A stretch of 64,000 nucleotides of DNA from an uncultured Gemmatimonadales bacterium (GCA_963798915.1 CAWCVB010000002.1:1-64000); one strand, 5' to 3'. Shown: positions 8,962-19,499, counted from the first letter of the stretch. Numbers and translations: made by a program. The notes: generated by a model not told the origin, from the letters alone.

Positions 8962-10960
8962 CTATCTCGCTCCTGCCCACCGATCATTCCCCCGATTCCC
9001 ATCTGGCAGCCGCTGCTCCGGATCCGCCACCACGCTGGTGACCTTGCCGCGGCTCCCCACGTACACCCTCACGTACGGCCCATCCTGCCACGTCTCCACC
9101 GGCACCTGCACCGTGATCGCGGGGCCATCCGCTTGCTCCACGCGCAGAGTGGTCGGAAACGCCATCCGGTCCAGGTTGGCGAGGGAGACGAACGCACCCT
9201 TGGCCGGGTCGTTGTTCACGTACTGGACGCCGGTGACTGCCACATCGTAACTCCAGTTGTGTGCGAACCACTCCTTCCAGAACCAGCTCAGGTCCTCCCC
9301 CGCGGCGTCGTCCATGGTGCGGAAGAAGTCGAGCGGCTGCGGATGGCGGAAGGCCCAGCGACGGGTGTACTCGCGGAAGGCGTAGTCGAATCTCCTGGGC
9401 CCCAGGATCACGTCACGCAGCAGCGTGAGCCCGAAGGCCGCCTTGTAATATTCGACCGAATGCCGGTACCGCTCGCTCACGGCGTCGGCGTACATCAGGA
9501 TGTTCGGTGCCAGGGAGTCGGCCAGCAGCGGCACGATCTCCTCGGCGGGGTTGCCACCCTTGGGCGCGTACTCGCCGTCCCGCTTGGGCGAAAACTCGCC
9601 CTTGTTGAACGCCTCCTGCGCCAGGATGTCGGCAAAGGTGTTGAACCCCTCGTCCATGAAGGCCCAGCGCCGCTCGTCGCTCCCCACGATCATCGGGTAC
9701 CACGAGTGACCGAACTCGTGCACCGTCACCGCAAAGAAGCTCTTCCCGCTCCAGTGGTAGTCGTCGAACACCAGCGCCGGATACTCCATCCCGCCCACCG
9801 GCCCGCCTACGCTGATGGCCGTGGGCCACGGAAAGGGATACCACGAGCGCGAGAACGCCTCGATGGTGTATTTGGTGTACTCGGTCGAGCCGGCTCCAGA
9901 GCGGTGTCGCCCACCCCCTCCACCGGGTAGACCGACATCGCCAGCGCGGTCTTTCCTTCGGGAAGGTTGATGCGGGCGGCGTCCCAGACGAACGCGGGTG
10001 ATGCCGACCACGCCACGTCGCGGGTGTTCTTCATCTCATAGTGCCACTTCGTGCGCCCGGAGTGCGCGGGTCGCGTCGCCGGCTTGCCCGCCTCCGCCGG
10101 CGCGATGATGGGCAGGGTCTTGTCGCTCTTCCCCGCCTGCTCCAGCCGGGCGCGCTCCTCCGCGGTCAGGCTCTCCTCGGGGTTGAGCAGGGTGCCGGGC
10201 CCGATGACCAGGAAATTCCACGGTACGTCGATGGTATAGTCGATGTCGCCATAGTCGAGGTAGAACTCGCCCGAGCCGAGATAGGGAAGCACATTCCAGC
10301 CGCGCACATCGTCGTACACCGCCATGCGCGGGTACCACTGCGCAATATCGTAGATCGGCTGGCCGCCCTCGGTCTGGTCCCAGCCCATGCGCCCCTGGCC
10401 ACCACGCGGCACGTCGAAACGGTAGTCGATGTCGAGCTTGGCCACTCCGCCGCCGGGCGGCAGCGCCTTCGCCAGCCGCACCTGCATGCGCGTGTCGGTG
10501 ATGACGGTGTCGGAGTCGACCGGGCGCCCATCAAGCGTGACCTTGACCGAGCGGATCTCATAGCCCTGCGTACTGGCACCGGCTGGGAACGAAACGCCGC
10601 CGCGGGAGTCCGCGCGCGACAGGTTCTGGTCCAGCTGCAGCCAGAGGAAGCGGAGCGAGTCGGGGCTCTCGTTGGTGTAGGTGATGACCACGTGGCCATC
10701 GATCGCGTGGGCGCGCTCGTCCAGCCGAGCGTCGACGGTGTAGTCCGCGCGGTTCTGCCAGTAGTCAGCTCCCGGCGAGCCGTCGGCACTCCGGTACGGC
10801 GTGCCCAGCTCTGCCATGAACAGCGGGTCGAATACCTGGCGCGCGTCATAGCGCGAGGGGGGAGTGGACTGAGCGAGGAGTGGCGCCGGTGTGACGAGCG
10901 CGGAGAGAGACAGCGGACGAAAGGAATCGCGACGAGCGTGCTGGCGCGCGGGAATCGCAT
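8962..10960 (-). pseudogene. M1-family zinc metallopeptidase, frameshifted near ~10910 and ~9895
   Basis: YWQNRADY, AQWYPRMAVYDD, GGMEYP, HEFGH...MDEG motifs split across frames; may be sequencing indels. Confidence 0.85.
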
Positions 10961-11139
10961 GCGCGGACGGCCTCGTGTTCGGGAGGGAGGGGAATGGAAG
11001 ATAAATCAGACAGACAGGAAGTTGGCCAGCGCCCCAGTATTTTCAAGCGGCCGAAGCGGCGGTCGTCATGTCGCGGCCCATGCGCTTATCATGAGGAGAG
11101 CACGGCGTTTCGGGATCCCTCGTGCAGGAGGGTCTGTCA

Positions 11140-11799
11140 ATGTTCGTCGGCCACTACGGCATCAGCTACGCCGCCAAGAGGGCGGCTCCGGCGATCCCTC
11201 TCTGGCTTCTCTTCCTTGCTGTCCAGTGGCTCGATGTGGTCTGGTCACCCCTCGTGCTGCTGGGTGTCGAAAAGGTCCGGATCGTCCCTGGCTTCACGGC
11301 GACCAATCCACTCGACCTTTACTATATGCCTTACACGCACAGCCTGGTCGCAGCGCTCGTCTGGTCTGTGGCCATTTTCCTTGCCTACAAACTGGTCGTG
11401 CGTGGAGCGGATGTGCGGAGCGCCGCTGTCATTCTTGGACTCGCCGTCTTTTCCCATTGGATCCTGGATCTGATCGTCCACCGGCCCGACCTCCCGCTCT
11501 ACGACAACACGGCCAAGGTAGGATTCGGACTCTGGGACCACCGCGCCATCGCGTTTTGCGTCGAAGCCGCCTTCCTGTTCGGAGGCATGTGGCTCTACCT
11601 CCGTGCCGCCCCTGTGCGACGTCTGCCCATGGTGGTCTTCGGCCTGGTCATGCTCGGCGTGCAGGCCTACATCTTCTTCGGGCCTCCGCCGGCCTCCGGC
11701 AACGCCATCGCATGGACGGCACTCGTGGCCTACGCCGTGTTCGCGATAGTGGCGGCTCGCCTGGAAAGGCCGGTACGCGAGCCCACCGCCGGCGGATGA
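11140..11799 (+). CDS. Membrane protein, metal-dependent hydrolase-like (MFVGH family)
   Basis: MFVGHY...PYTHSL...SHWILDLIVHRPDLP; multiple TM segments. Confidence 0.8.
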   Translation: MFVGHYGISYAAKRAAPAIPLWLLFLAVQWLDVVWSPLVLLGVEKVRIVPGFTATNPLDLYYMPYTHSLVAALVWSVAIFLAYKLVVRGADVRSAAVILGLAVFSHWILDLIVHRPDLPLYDNTAKVGFGLWDHRAIAFCVEAAFLFGGMWLYLRAAPVRRLPMVVFGLVMLGVQAYIFFGPPPASGNAIAWTALVAYAVFAIVAARLERPVREPTAGG

Positions 11800-11890
11800 C
11801 GGTTGTGCGTCGTGGGTGATGCCGACGCTGGCCTGACATTTCCTTGCGAGGAGGTCCCAAAGGGGCGCACGGCGTGCGCCCCTGCACGGC

Positions 11891-12026
11891 ACGCGACTGA
11901 AGTAGCTGCTCGGCACAAATCGCCCTTCGGGCGATATCGCGGCTGGCCAGATCGCAACATCGGATGGATGATTCGGTATCGTGTCGCCGTAGGCGACACG
12001 GGCCGAGCAGCGGCTCTTAGCCGCGT
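11891..12026. repeat. REP-doublet element, copy 3 (more diverged)
   Basis: ACGCGACTGAAGTAGCTGCTCGG...CCGAGCAGCGGCTCTTAGCCGCGT with the same inner hairpins. Confidence 0.85.
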
Positions 12027-12113
12027 CAATCACGGATCGCTTTCGGACTGCAGGATTGCATCGCCCGCGCGGGAGGCCGCCGGCCTCCCCTGCGCGGACT
12101 CGCAATGACGGAC

Positions 12114-13091
12114 TCAGACCTTCCAGAGGCGACGCGCCTCTTCTGCGATCACGTCAGGATACTCCTCCGGGAAGAACAGCTTGGCCCCCGGGATCCGCCG
12201 GGCGCCCTTTGCGTTCGGGAACACACTATTCAGATATTCGGGTGACTCCGCCTTGAAGATTGTATCGGCCGCGCCCCACACGACACGGAGCGGAGCCTGT
12301 ACCTTCCTCAAGCGGGCTTCGATGCCGGCCAGTGCGTTCTCGCTGAGGCTGCGCGCAAAGCGGTTGGTCAGCGCCCGGCGCTCAGCGGTGGACGCCAGCG
12401 GCACGACATAGAGGTCGAGCGCCTCATCGGTCGGGTTTCCGGGCTTGCTGTAGCAGGCACCGCCCAGGTCCTCGGGCCGCCGGGCTAGCGCCTTGTTGGC
12501 GAGAATCGGCACCAGCATCGTTTCCGGAAACTTGTTCTCGCGCGCCAGCGCGATGACCGGCTCCACCCCCTTGGGCGGGCAATCGGGCTCGGTATCACCA
12601 TTGGTGAGCAGGAGACTGCGGACGCGGTCAGGGTGATGGCCGGCGAGCAGCTGGGCGATCGCCGAGCTGCTGTCATTGGCGATCAGGTCGACCGTGCCGA
12701 CTTGCAGCTTGTCCAGCAGGGTGAGCAGCATGGCCATTTGCTCCATCGGCACGAGGCTCTGATCCGCCGCCGGCTCGGTGAAACCAAGGCCCATGACGTC
12801 CGGTGCGATGCAGCGCCGCACGGACTTGAGCCGCGCGATGGCCCCGCGCCACTGGAAGCCGCTCAAGGGAAAGCCGTGCAGGAACAGGGCGGCCGGGCCC
12901 TTGCCTTCATCGATATAGGCGATGCGCCCGAAATTGGTATCGGCGTAACGCCGCATTCGGGTCCAGGTGGCAGCATCATACGTGGGACCGCTGTCCTCAG
13001 CGAAAGCCAGTCTCGGCAAACCGAAGGTTGTGCCTGCGCAGGCCAGGTAAAGAACGCCAGCCGAGTGCTTCATGAAATTCCGTCTTTGCAT
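12114..13091 (-). CDS. Tat-exported alpha/beta hydrolase
   Basis: MQRRNFMK twin-arginine signal; FLHGFP, ANDS nucleophile elbow, VVWGAAD. Confidence 0.85.
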   Translation of the reverse strand: MQRRNFMKHSAGVLYLACAGTTFGLPRLAFAEDSGPTYDAATWTRMRRYADTNFGRIAYIDEGKGPAALFLHGFPLSGFQWRGAIARLKSVRRCIAPDVMGLGFTEPAADQSLVPMEQMAMLLTLLDKLQVGTVDLIANDSSSAIAQLLAGHHPDRVRSLLLTNGDTEPDCPPKGVEPVIALARENKFPETMLVPILANKALARRPEDLGGACYSKPGNPTDEALDLYVVPLASTAERRALTNRFARSLSENALAGIEARLRKVQAPLRVVWGAADTIFKAESPEYLNSVFPNAKGARRIPGAKLFFPEEYPDVIAEEARRLWKV

Positions 13092-13298
13092 GTCGTGTCT
13101 CCTGAAGGGTGCGGCCCCTGTGGATCGGCATGCCGCCGCATCTCGATTGTCGAGTGGGCAAAGCGACGCAATTTAAAGGACTCGGCCGGAGGTGCTGGCC
13201 ATATGGGGACGTTCGGAGGGAGGTGCGGACGAGGGGCGGGCACCGGGGGCGTGGGACAGGAGTCCATGAGGGCCTCAGGCATGGCGATTCACCACGGC

Positions 13299-13335
13299 TG
13301 AGCCCTCATGGATTCCAGCGTGCGCTGGAATGACG
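13299..13335. repeat. TGGATTCC...GGAATGAC hairpin repeat (second copy 18380-18416)
   Basis: TGAGCCCTCATGGATTCC(N)GGAATGACG shared by both loci, with similar upstream GGCATGGCGA-TCAC. Confidence 0.75.
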
Positions 13336-13490
13336 AATGCTGGACTCCTGTCCGCCCTGCCCGCTGTGCTCAGTCGTGCGCGCGACCGGCGCGCTGCTGG
13401 TCGGGCGTCGCACCCATGACCCGGTCGTTTTCTCGACACTCCTATTGGGGAGCCGGTGCGGATCGCCCGTGAGGTGGCTGCTGCCGAAAA

Positions 13491-13524
13491 ACGTCTTGAC
13501 GTCATGACGTTAAAGTGCTAGTGT
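13491..13524 (+). promoter_or_regulatory. Sigma70 promoter with palindromic operator for the TA pair
   Basis: TTGACG-17 bp-TAGTGT; palindrome ACGTCATGACGT (13499-13510). Confidence 0.65.
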
Positions 13525-13529
13525 GCGGT

Positions 13530-13760
13530 ATGGCTACTCTCAAACGCGCCACCGTCTATTTCGATCCTGCTCTCCATCGAGCCCTCCGCATCAAGGCCGC
13601 CTCGACGGAGCGGACGCTTTCTGACCTGGTCAACGCTGCCATCCGTGCCAGCCTGGCCGAGGACGCTGAGGATCTTGCCGCCTTCGACGAACGGGCCAAG
13701 GAGCCGTCGCTTGCCTTCGAGAATGTCCTCAAGGGTTTGAAGCGGCGTGGCAAGCTATAA
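13530..13760 (+). CDS. CopG/RHH antitoxin
   Basis: KRATVYFDPALHRALRIKAA...LAEDAEDLAAFDER; overlaps the toxin gene. Confidence 0.9.
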   Translation: MATLKRATVYFDPALHRALRIKAASTERTLSDLVNAAIRASLAEDAEDLAAFDERAKEPSLAFENVLKGLKRRGKL

Positions 13761-14007
13761 GCTCGAGATCAAGCGATCGGCAGCCAAGGAGCTCGGCCAG
13801 CTACCCTCGAAAGACCGGGGACGCGTCGTTGCCCGCATCCAAGCCCTGGCTGAGAACCCGCGCCCTGCAGGTGCGGAAAAACTCTCCGGACAGGAACGGT
13901 ACCGCATCCGCCAGGGTAAGTACCGGATTCTGTATGAAATCGAAGATGACGTCCTGCGGATCATGGTGGTAAGGATCGGACATCGGCGGGATGTCTATCG
14001 CTCATGA
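13747..14007 (+). CDS. relE: RelE/ParE-family toxin
   Basis: LAENPRPAGAEKLSGQERYRIRQGKYRILYEI...IGHRRDVYR. Confidence 0.92.
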   Translation: MASYKLEIKRSAAKELGQLPSKDRGRVVARIQALAENPRPAGAEKLSGQERYRIRQGKYRILYEIEDDVLRIMVVRIGHRRDVYRS

Positions 14008-14068
14008 GGCCGCCACCCCGCCGCTGAAGCAGAGCCCATCAGACGTGGGAGTCGCTGGAACCGTGACG

Positions 14069-14410
14069 ATGCCCGTTGAGATTCCCGTCGAGCTCCAACG
14101 CGCCGCACAGCCGCTGAGCGGACCGGATCTGGGCCTGTTCGGCTGGACTCGCCGGGATGCGCTGGCCGTGCTCGCCACCCTGACGGATACGCGCATCGCC
14201 GTCGCACGCGGCGAAGTCTATCGCACGATGGCGCATGATCCGGTGCCAATCGACGATTGGGACTGCCGACGAGCGCCGCGGGAGGACGCAAATGCCTACG
14301 CCGCACGATCACAGTCGGCTGCGGAGAGGCGTGTGAAGCGGCATCTCGATGAGTACAGCGGCGCAGTGCTGTTTGTCTTCACCTTTGATGATCAGCAAGC
14401 GGCTGCGTGA
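14069..14410 (+). CDS. Imm40-like immunity protein
   Basis: W.RRDALAVL...GEVY...DDWDC...E....YAARS...A...LF pattern resembles Imm40; canonical ILGGDV diverged. Confidence 0.5.
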   Translation: MPVEIPVELQRAAQPLSGPDLGLFGWTRRDALAVLATLTDTRIAVARGEVYRTMAHDPVPIDDWDCRRAPREDANAYAARSQSAAERRVKRHLDEYSGAVLFVFTFDDQQAAA

Positions 14411-14609
14411 CATGCACACGCCGATGGGATACGGCGCTCACTGCCTTTGCTGCTCATCCTGTGCGGCGCGGCACTTCTGGCCGCGCTCATCATCCGTGAA
14501 CCTCCAGTCCACAGATTTCAGCGTTGGTTCCGAATCTCCAGCAGTCATCTGAGCATTCTGTGAAATCTGTGCAATCTGTGGATCACGACAACACGAGCGG
14601 TCTCCGCTC

Positions 14610-15872
14610 CTATGCTTTCCCTGCCAGGAGCCCGTACAACGCCTCGTCTTCCCGAATACGTCCATCCTCGATCCACTCCCGCTTCACCTCCGCTCCCGCA
14701 TTCACCAACAGCTGAAGCACCGCCTTGTAGTCCTCTGCGTTGATGCGGTTCTCGGCCAGCCATGCATGCAGTGCCCACACCAGCGGCGGGGTGCCGTAGA
14801 CCGCGTCGGTCACGTTGACCGGCGCGCCGCGCTGGAGCAACAGCTCGACCAGCGCGGGGTAGCCGCAATAGGACGCCACATGCAGCGCGGTCTGTCCCTC
14901 GTGCGGCCGGCGGGAGGCCACGTCTACGCCGTGATCAAGCAGCAGCACCACGGCCCCACGCTGGTCATACCACGCCGCCATGATGAGCGCGGACGCCGAA
15001 TCCTCGGGCGAGACGCGCCGCCCCGGCTCGAACTGCGCCGCCAGCAGATCCAGCCGTCCGATGCCCGCTGCCGACTCGAAATCGACCGGCGCGCCTCTCG
15101 CCGCCATGTGCGTCGCGGCCTCGGGACAGCCGTTCGCCAGCGAATACTTCACAATGTCCGGATCCACCCGTGCGCCATGCTCCAGCAGCAGATCGGCAAG
15201 GGGGATCCGGAGTCCCGCGGCCCGCGGATGGGAACTGGTGACCGCCAGCGCAAGCGTGGTCGCTCCTCGGCCATACACATCGGCCTCGGCGTCCACCTCG
15301 GCGCCAGCGTCGAGCAACGCGCGCGTAATGGCAAGGATGTTGGGCGGCGTCCGCTGACGGTAGCTCTCGACGCCGTTGGCCGAGACATAATGCAGGAGGG
15401 TGGAACGATGGTTCCGGCTGGACCGCTCGCGGGCCAGGCTCGGATGTTCGGCCAGCAGCTGCTCGAGCGTGGCGAGGTCGCCCTGCACAATGGCGTCGGC
15501 CGCGCGCTCGAACGCCGAGCGGCGGGGATCGGCGCTGGTGACGGCCTCGATGTGGTGCACCAGCTTGGGCCAGCTGGCAAATCCGTGCGCGCGAGCGAGG
15601 ACAAACTGCGCGTCCGAGAGGGCGCAGCCGGTGCCCAGTCGCTCGCGGGCAAAGCCGGTGATCTGCTGTGCCCTGCGTCCAGCGTCCTTCCTTGCAAGAT
15701 CGGGAAGGTCCGGCTGCAGCCGGAGCAGCGTGTCCACCCACCGCGTGGCCCACGCGTGGATGGCGTCACCGCCTGTGCGGCACGCCTTGACAACGTCCTT
15801 AGCGCGCTTGCGGTACTGCTCGAGGTCGGGGTGGGGCGGAAGCGGAACGGCGTCCTGAGGATTGGGGTACAT
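14610..15872 (-). CDS. Ankyrin-repeat protein
   Basis: Repeated TLLH/TALH/LL..GA.V motifs; N-terminal LEQYRKRAK and AQFVLARAHGFASW. Confidence 0.9.
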   Translation of the reverse strand: MYPNPQDAVPLPPHPDLEQYRKRAKDVVKACRTGGDAIHAWATRWVDTLLRLQPDLPDLARKDAGRRAQQITGFARERLGTGCALSDAQFVLARAHGFASWPKLVHHIEAVTSADPRRSAFERAADAIVQGDLATLEQLLAEHPSLARERSSRNHRSTLLHYVSANGVESYRQRTPPNILAITRALLDAGAEVDAEADVYGRGATTLALAVTSSHPRAAGLRIPLADLLLEHGARVDPDIVKYSLANGCPEAATHMAARGAPVDFESAAGIGRLDLLAAQFEPGRRVSPEDSASALIMAAWYDQRGAVVLLLDHGVDVASRRPHEGQTALHVASYCGYPALVELLLQRGAPVNVTDAVYGTPPLVWALHAWLAENRINAEDYKAVLQLLVNAGAEVKREWIEDGRIREDEALYGLLAGKA

Positions 15873-15955
15873 GGATGGCTAGATGGCGAGTTGGCGAGTT
15901 GGCGAGTTGGCGGAGAGGCCGTCTTCGGCTATGGCCCGGCCCGCGCCCTCCGCGC

Positions 15956-16636
15956 CTACAGCTTCTCGTACGTGCACCCACGCTCCTGCGCGAGGCCGAT
16001 CAGCATCGTGTGCGCGGGCACCAGGCGCACGCCCGGATTGAGGCCCGCCTTGAGTTCCTCATAGACGGTCTTCCAGGGCTGGCCGGTGCGTTCGCCCAGC
16101 ATGTGCGCGACGCCCATCAGCGCGTTGTTGCACTGCCAGAAGATGGTGCCGCGGGCCTGGAGCGCGGTAATCGTCATCTTGGCGAAGGACCGCGCGCGCT
16201 CGGTCTCGGGGGCACCGGCGGGGGCTTCGTAGAGGATATGGCGGTCCGCCCATTTGCCGGAGGCCGGATCGTGCAGCTTCCAGAGCTCGCCGAGCGAGTA
16301 CTTCTTCCACAGAGCACTGGAGGCGTTGAGCGGAAAGGCGTTGAAGGCGATGCCCATGATGGTGTCGACTTCCGGGTGCTTGAACCCGAAGACTTCCTGG
16401 TGCGCGTCGAGCCAGTTGGCTACCACGTGGGTCGGGGTTTCCTCGTCGGTCAGGGTGCCGCAATCGAACACCTGCTTGTGCTTGCCCTTGAGGTCGTCGA
16501 GCCAGGAGAGATCCCAGTCCCCGCTGCCCAACGTGCCGGAGGCCAGGGGAGCGGCAGCAAACGCCGCGTCGGGACGGAGCGCCATGGCGGCAGAGAGAAC
16601 GCCGAGGCGGGAGAGCACAGAACGGCGACTGGGCAT
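15956..16636 (-). CDS. Tat-exported hypothetical protein, DsrE-like
   Basis: SRRSVL signal; FWQCNNAL and AQERGCTY motifs. Confidence 0.7.
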   Translation of the reverse strand: MPSRRSVLSRLGVLSAAMALRPDAAFAAAPLASGTLGSGDWDLSWLDDLKGKHKQVFDCGTLTDEETPTHVVANWLDAHQEVFGFKHPEVDTIMGIAFNAFPLNASSALWKKYSLGELWKLHDPASGKWADRHILYEAPAGAPETERARSFAKMTITALQARGTIFWQCNNALMGVAHMLGERTGQPWKTVYEELKAGLNPGVRLVPAHTMLIGLAQERGCTYEKL

Positions 16637-16771
16637 GGGAGCCTCGCGGCTGGGGAGGGCAGGGCGGACATCGACCAAGATACTGCAGGTAGCGGCGTTG
16701 TCGAATCCGGCCGCGCTCGTTCGACACCCTGGTGACGGGTAAGTTGGACGTTTTTCATTGGAGACCACAAC

Positions 16772-17380
16772 ATGAGAAAGCTCATCACCATTACCCAGGT
16801 CACGCTGGACGGCGTCATGCAGGCGCCCGGCGGTGTCGAGGAGGATCCGACGGGCGGGTTCACCCACGGTGGCTGGGCCATGCCCTTTGTGGATGACGAC
16901 CTGGGGGAAGAGGCGATGGGTGAAGCGATCGCCGGTGAATTCGACATGCTCCTGGGACGCCGGACCTACCAGATCTTTGCCGGCTACTGGCCCAACCAGG
17001 GCGACAACCCGATCGCGAAGGCCTTCAACAAGGCGACGAAGTACGTCGTCACCCGCAGGCTGGACCGACTCGACTGGAAGACCTCGTTACCCATTGGCGG
17101 TGATGTGGTGAAGGAGATCAGTCAACTGAAGGCATCGGATGGGCCGGCGTTGCATGTCTGGGGCAGCAGTGCATTGCTGCAGACGCTGATCGCCGCCGAC
17201 CTGGTCGACGAATTTCGCATCTGGATCTTTCCCGTGGTGCTGGGCCAAGGCAAGCGACTGTTCGAGGATGGGGTTCCGCCGCGTGGCCTCACCCTGGTCA
17301 GGACGGGAGGCACGCCCAAGGGCGTCCTCATCAACACCTATTGGCCGGCGGGTCCCCTCCCACAGGAAGCCCAAGGCTGA
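16772..17380 (+). CDS. Dihydrofolate reductase/RibD C-terminal family protein
   Basis: TLDGVMQAPG, LLGRRTY, LVDE...PVVLGQGKRLF. Confidence 0.9.
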   Translation: MRKLITITQVTLDGVMQAPGGVEEDPTGGFTHGGWAMPFVDDDLGEEAMGEAIAGEFDMLLGRRTYQIFAGYWPNQGDNPIAKAFNKATKYVVTRRLDRLDWKTSLPIGGDVVKEISQLKASDGPALHVWGSSALLQTLIAADLVDEFRIWIFPVVLGQGKRLFEDGVPPRGLTLVRTGGTPKGVLINTYWPAGPLPQEAQG

Positions 17381-17384
17381 TCGG

Positions 17385-18188
17385 CTACGGCTTGTACCCG
17401 CGTCCTGCCCAGGCCCGAGCGATGAGATGAATGGTCCCGTCCTTCGCCACCGGGAGCGCCGATCGAATGCGCTCGCGAAGCTCGGCGCGCCGCGTTTCGC
17501 TCAGTGACACGGCGTAACCGGGGGCCGGACCCTGTCCGCCGAGAAACGGCGACCAATAGTCGTCGAAATTGCGAAACTCGGTCGGGACGTCGATCGGGCG
17601 CACCTCGACGTCGCGCAGTCCGGCTCCCTCGAACAATTCCGCGAACGATCGCTGCTGGCAAATCGGAAACCGGCGCCCTTCGTCGAGATCCGCCGCTGCC
17701 GGGTTCAGGGCCACCGCCGCATCCCAGAAGTATCGCATCAGCTCCATCTTGCCGGCATAGTCCCAGACGTAGGCCGCCACGATCGACCCCGGACGCGCGA
17801 CCCGCGCCATTTCGGCTACCGCCTGCCTTGGCTGCGGCACGAAATTCAAGACCAGGCCCGACACAACAGCATCCGCGCTTGCGCTGTCAAACGGCAGCGA
17901 CTGGGCATCTCCGACTTCAAATCGCGCCCGACTATCGCCGGTGTGCGCCTTGGCGTATTCGACATACCCGGGCGAAGCATCCACGCTGACAACGGAACTC
18001 GGCGCCGCCTGCTCGAGGATGGTCCGGGTCAGCGCGCCGGTACCGCAGCCGACATCCAGCCAGTGCATGCCCGCGGGAACCGCGAGCCAGTTCAGAAAGT
18101 CGCGTGCGACCCGACGGCTCCAGCGCCCCACGTATGGCTCATAAAGATCGCCGGCGGCCCACACATCGTTGTGCTGTGATTTCTCCAT
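17385..18188 (-). CDS. Class I SAM-dependent methyltransferase
   Basis: WLDVGCGTG motif I; YVGRWSR. Confidence 0.9.
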   Translation of the reverse strand: MEKSQHNDVWAAGDLYEPYVGRWSRRVARDFLNWLAVPAGMHWLDVGCGTGALTRTILEQAAPSSVVSVDASPGYVEYAKAHTGDSRARFEVGDAQSLPFDSASADAVVSGLVLNFVPQPRQAVAEMARVARPGSIVAAYVWDYAGKMELMRYFWDAAVALNPAAADLDEGRRFPICQQRSFAELFEGAGLRDVEVRPIDVPTEFRNFDDYWSPFLGGQGPAPGYAVSLSETRRAELRERIRSALPVAKDGTIHLIARAWAGRGYKP

Positions 18189-18706
18189 GGGTACCTCGTT
18201 CGCCGCTCTTCCCGGCAAATTGTGTTCGACCTCGGCAGGGCGCGCCATGCCACGGCAGCGTCGGGATGAAGAATCGCGTGCCGGGAGGGCAGGTCAAGGG
18301 TGCAGCGCCCGATACCGAAGCTGCACGCACTCGGGAAGGATGATGGGCGGGATTGGCGGGCATGGCGACTCACTCCGGGTGAGCCCTCATGGATTCCTGC
18401 TTGCGCAGGAATGACGTGGCGGTGAGCATCTCGACCCTCGACGACTGACGACTGACGACTGACGACCGACGACTGACAGCTTGCCTGACCTTCTCCCGCC
18501 CCGTTGCCGCTATTCGGCGGCCGGCCTAAGATGAAATGACCACCTGCACGCAGGCTCGTTCCCGCCTCAGTTGCAGACTCGAACGTCGGCCCACGCAGTC
18601 GCCTTCCGACTCTTCGCTCGCAGCCTTCAGCCTTCAGCCCTCAGCCTTCAGCCTTCAGCCTTCCGCCTTCCGCTCTTCACATCTCGACAGCCAAGGATCC
18701 AATGAC

Positions 18707-19301
18707 ATGTCCAGAGTCATAATGCAGGCCGTAGTGTCGGTGGACGGCTACATCGCCTATCCCGACGATTCGGTCGGACCGCTGTTCGACTGGTATGGAA
18801 ACGGCGACGTAACGGTCCGTGCGAACGACCAGTGGTCGTTCCAGGTGAGCCGAGCCTCCGCGGAGTACGTTCAGCCGTTCTGGGACGCGATCAAGGTCAC
18901 GGTGATCGGCCGCCACCTGTTTGACACCACCGACGGCTGGTCGGGGGTGCCCGCGGCCGGAGAGCGGCTCGTGGTCGTCACCCACCGGCCGCTCCCCAAG
19001 GAGTGGCTCGCCAGATTCCCCGATGCACCGTTCCACACGGCCGGTTCGGTCGAGGCCGGCATTGCGCGCGCCAGGGAGCTGGCCGGCGACGGCCTGATCT
19101 GCGTGAGCGCGGGCGATGTCGGCGGCCAGGCATTCTCGGCGGGGCTCGTCGATGAGGTGGCGATGGACGTCGCCCCGGTGGTCATGGGTGAAGGGGTGCG
19201 ATTCTTTGGGAGCCACACCGGCACGGTCCTCCTGGGCGATCCCGACCGGGTGGTCGCAGGGCGACCGGGTGCTGCACCTGCACTACACCGTCAAGCGCTG
19301 A
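18707..19301 (+). pseudogene. DHFR/RibD-family protein, frameshift near 19255
   Basis: SVDGYIA...LVDE...PVVMGEGVRFF; natural C-terminus QGDRVLHLHYTVKR lies in another frame. Confidence 0.75.
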
Positions 19302-19499
19302 ACGGCGCCTTCCAGAAGGCGGGGGGCGGAGTCGGCAGTCGGCCTATCTGGACCGCGCCGCGACCGCCCCGTAACAACCCGCGTCCGGCGACCGGCAGAG
19401 AGTCACGTCCGGCCGGAAGCGCCACAGTTCGGCACGCATGCTCTTCGCCGCCGAGGCAAGAGCGCGACTGGCGCCAGCCGGGCGCGGGCGTCCTCCAAT

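Noticed and set aside
10041..11819. Long alternative ORFs (592 aa here; also 22846-24237, 39046-40833, 56468-58582, 59700-61562)
   Set aside because: Antisense shadows of real genes, expected at high GC; Arg/Gly/Pro-rich with no motifs
5640..12026. The 137-bp repeats as a CRISPR array or canonical attC sites
   Set aside because: Units are too long, spacing is kilobases, no cas genes; ends lack AAC/GTT cores and extrahelical bases
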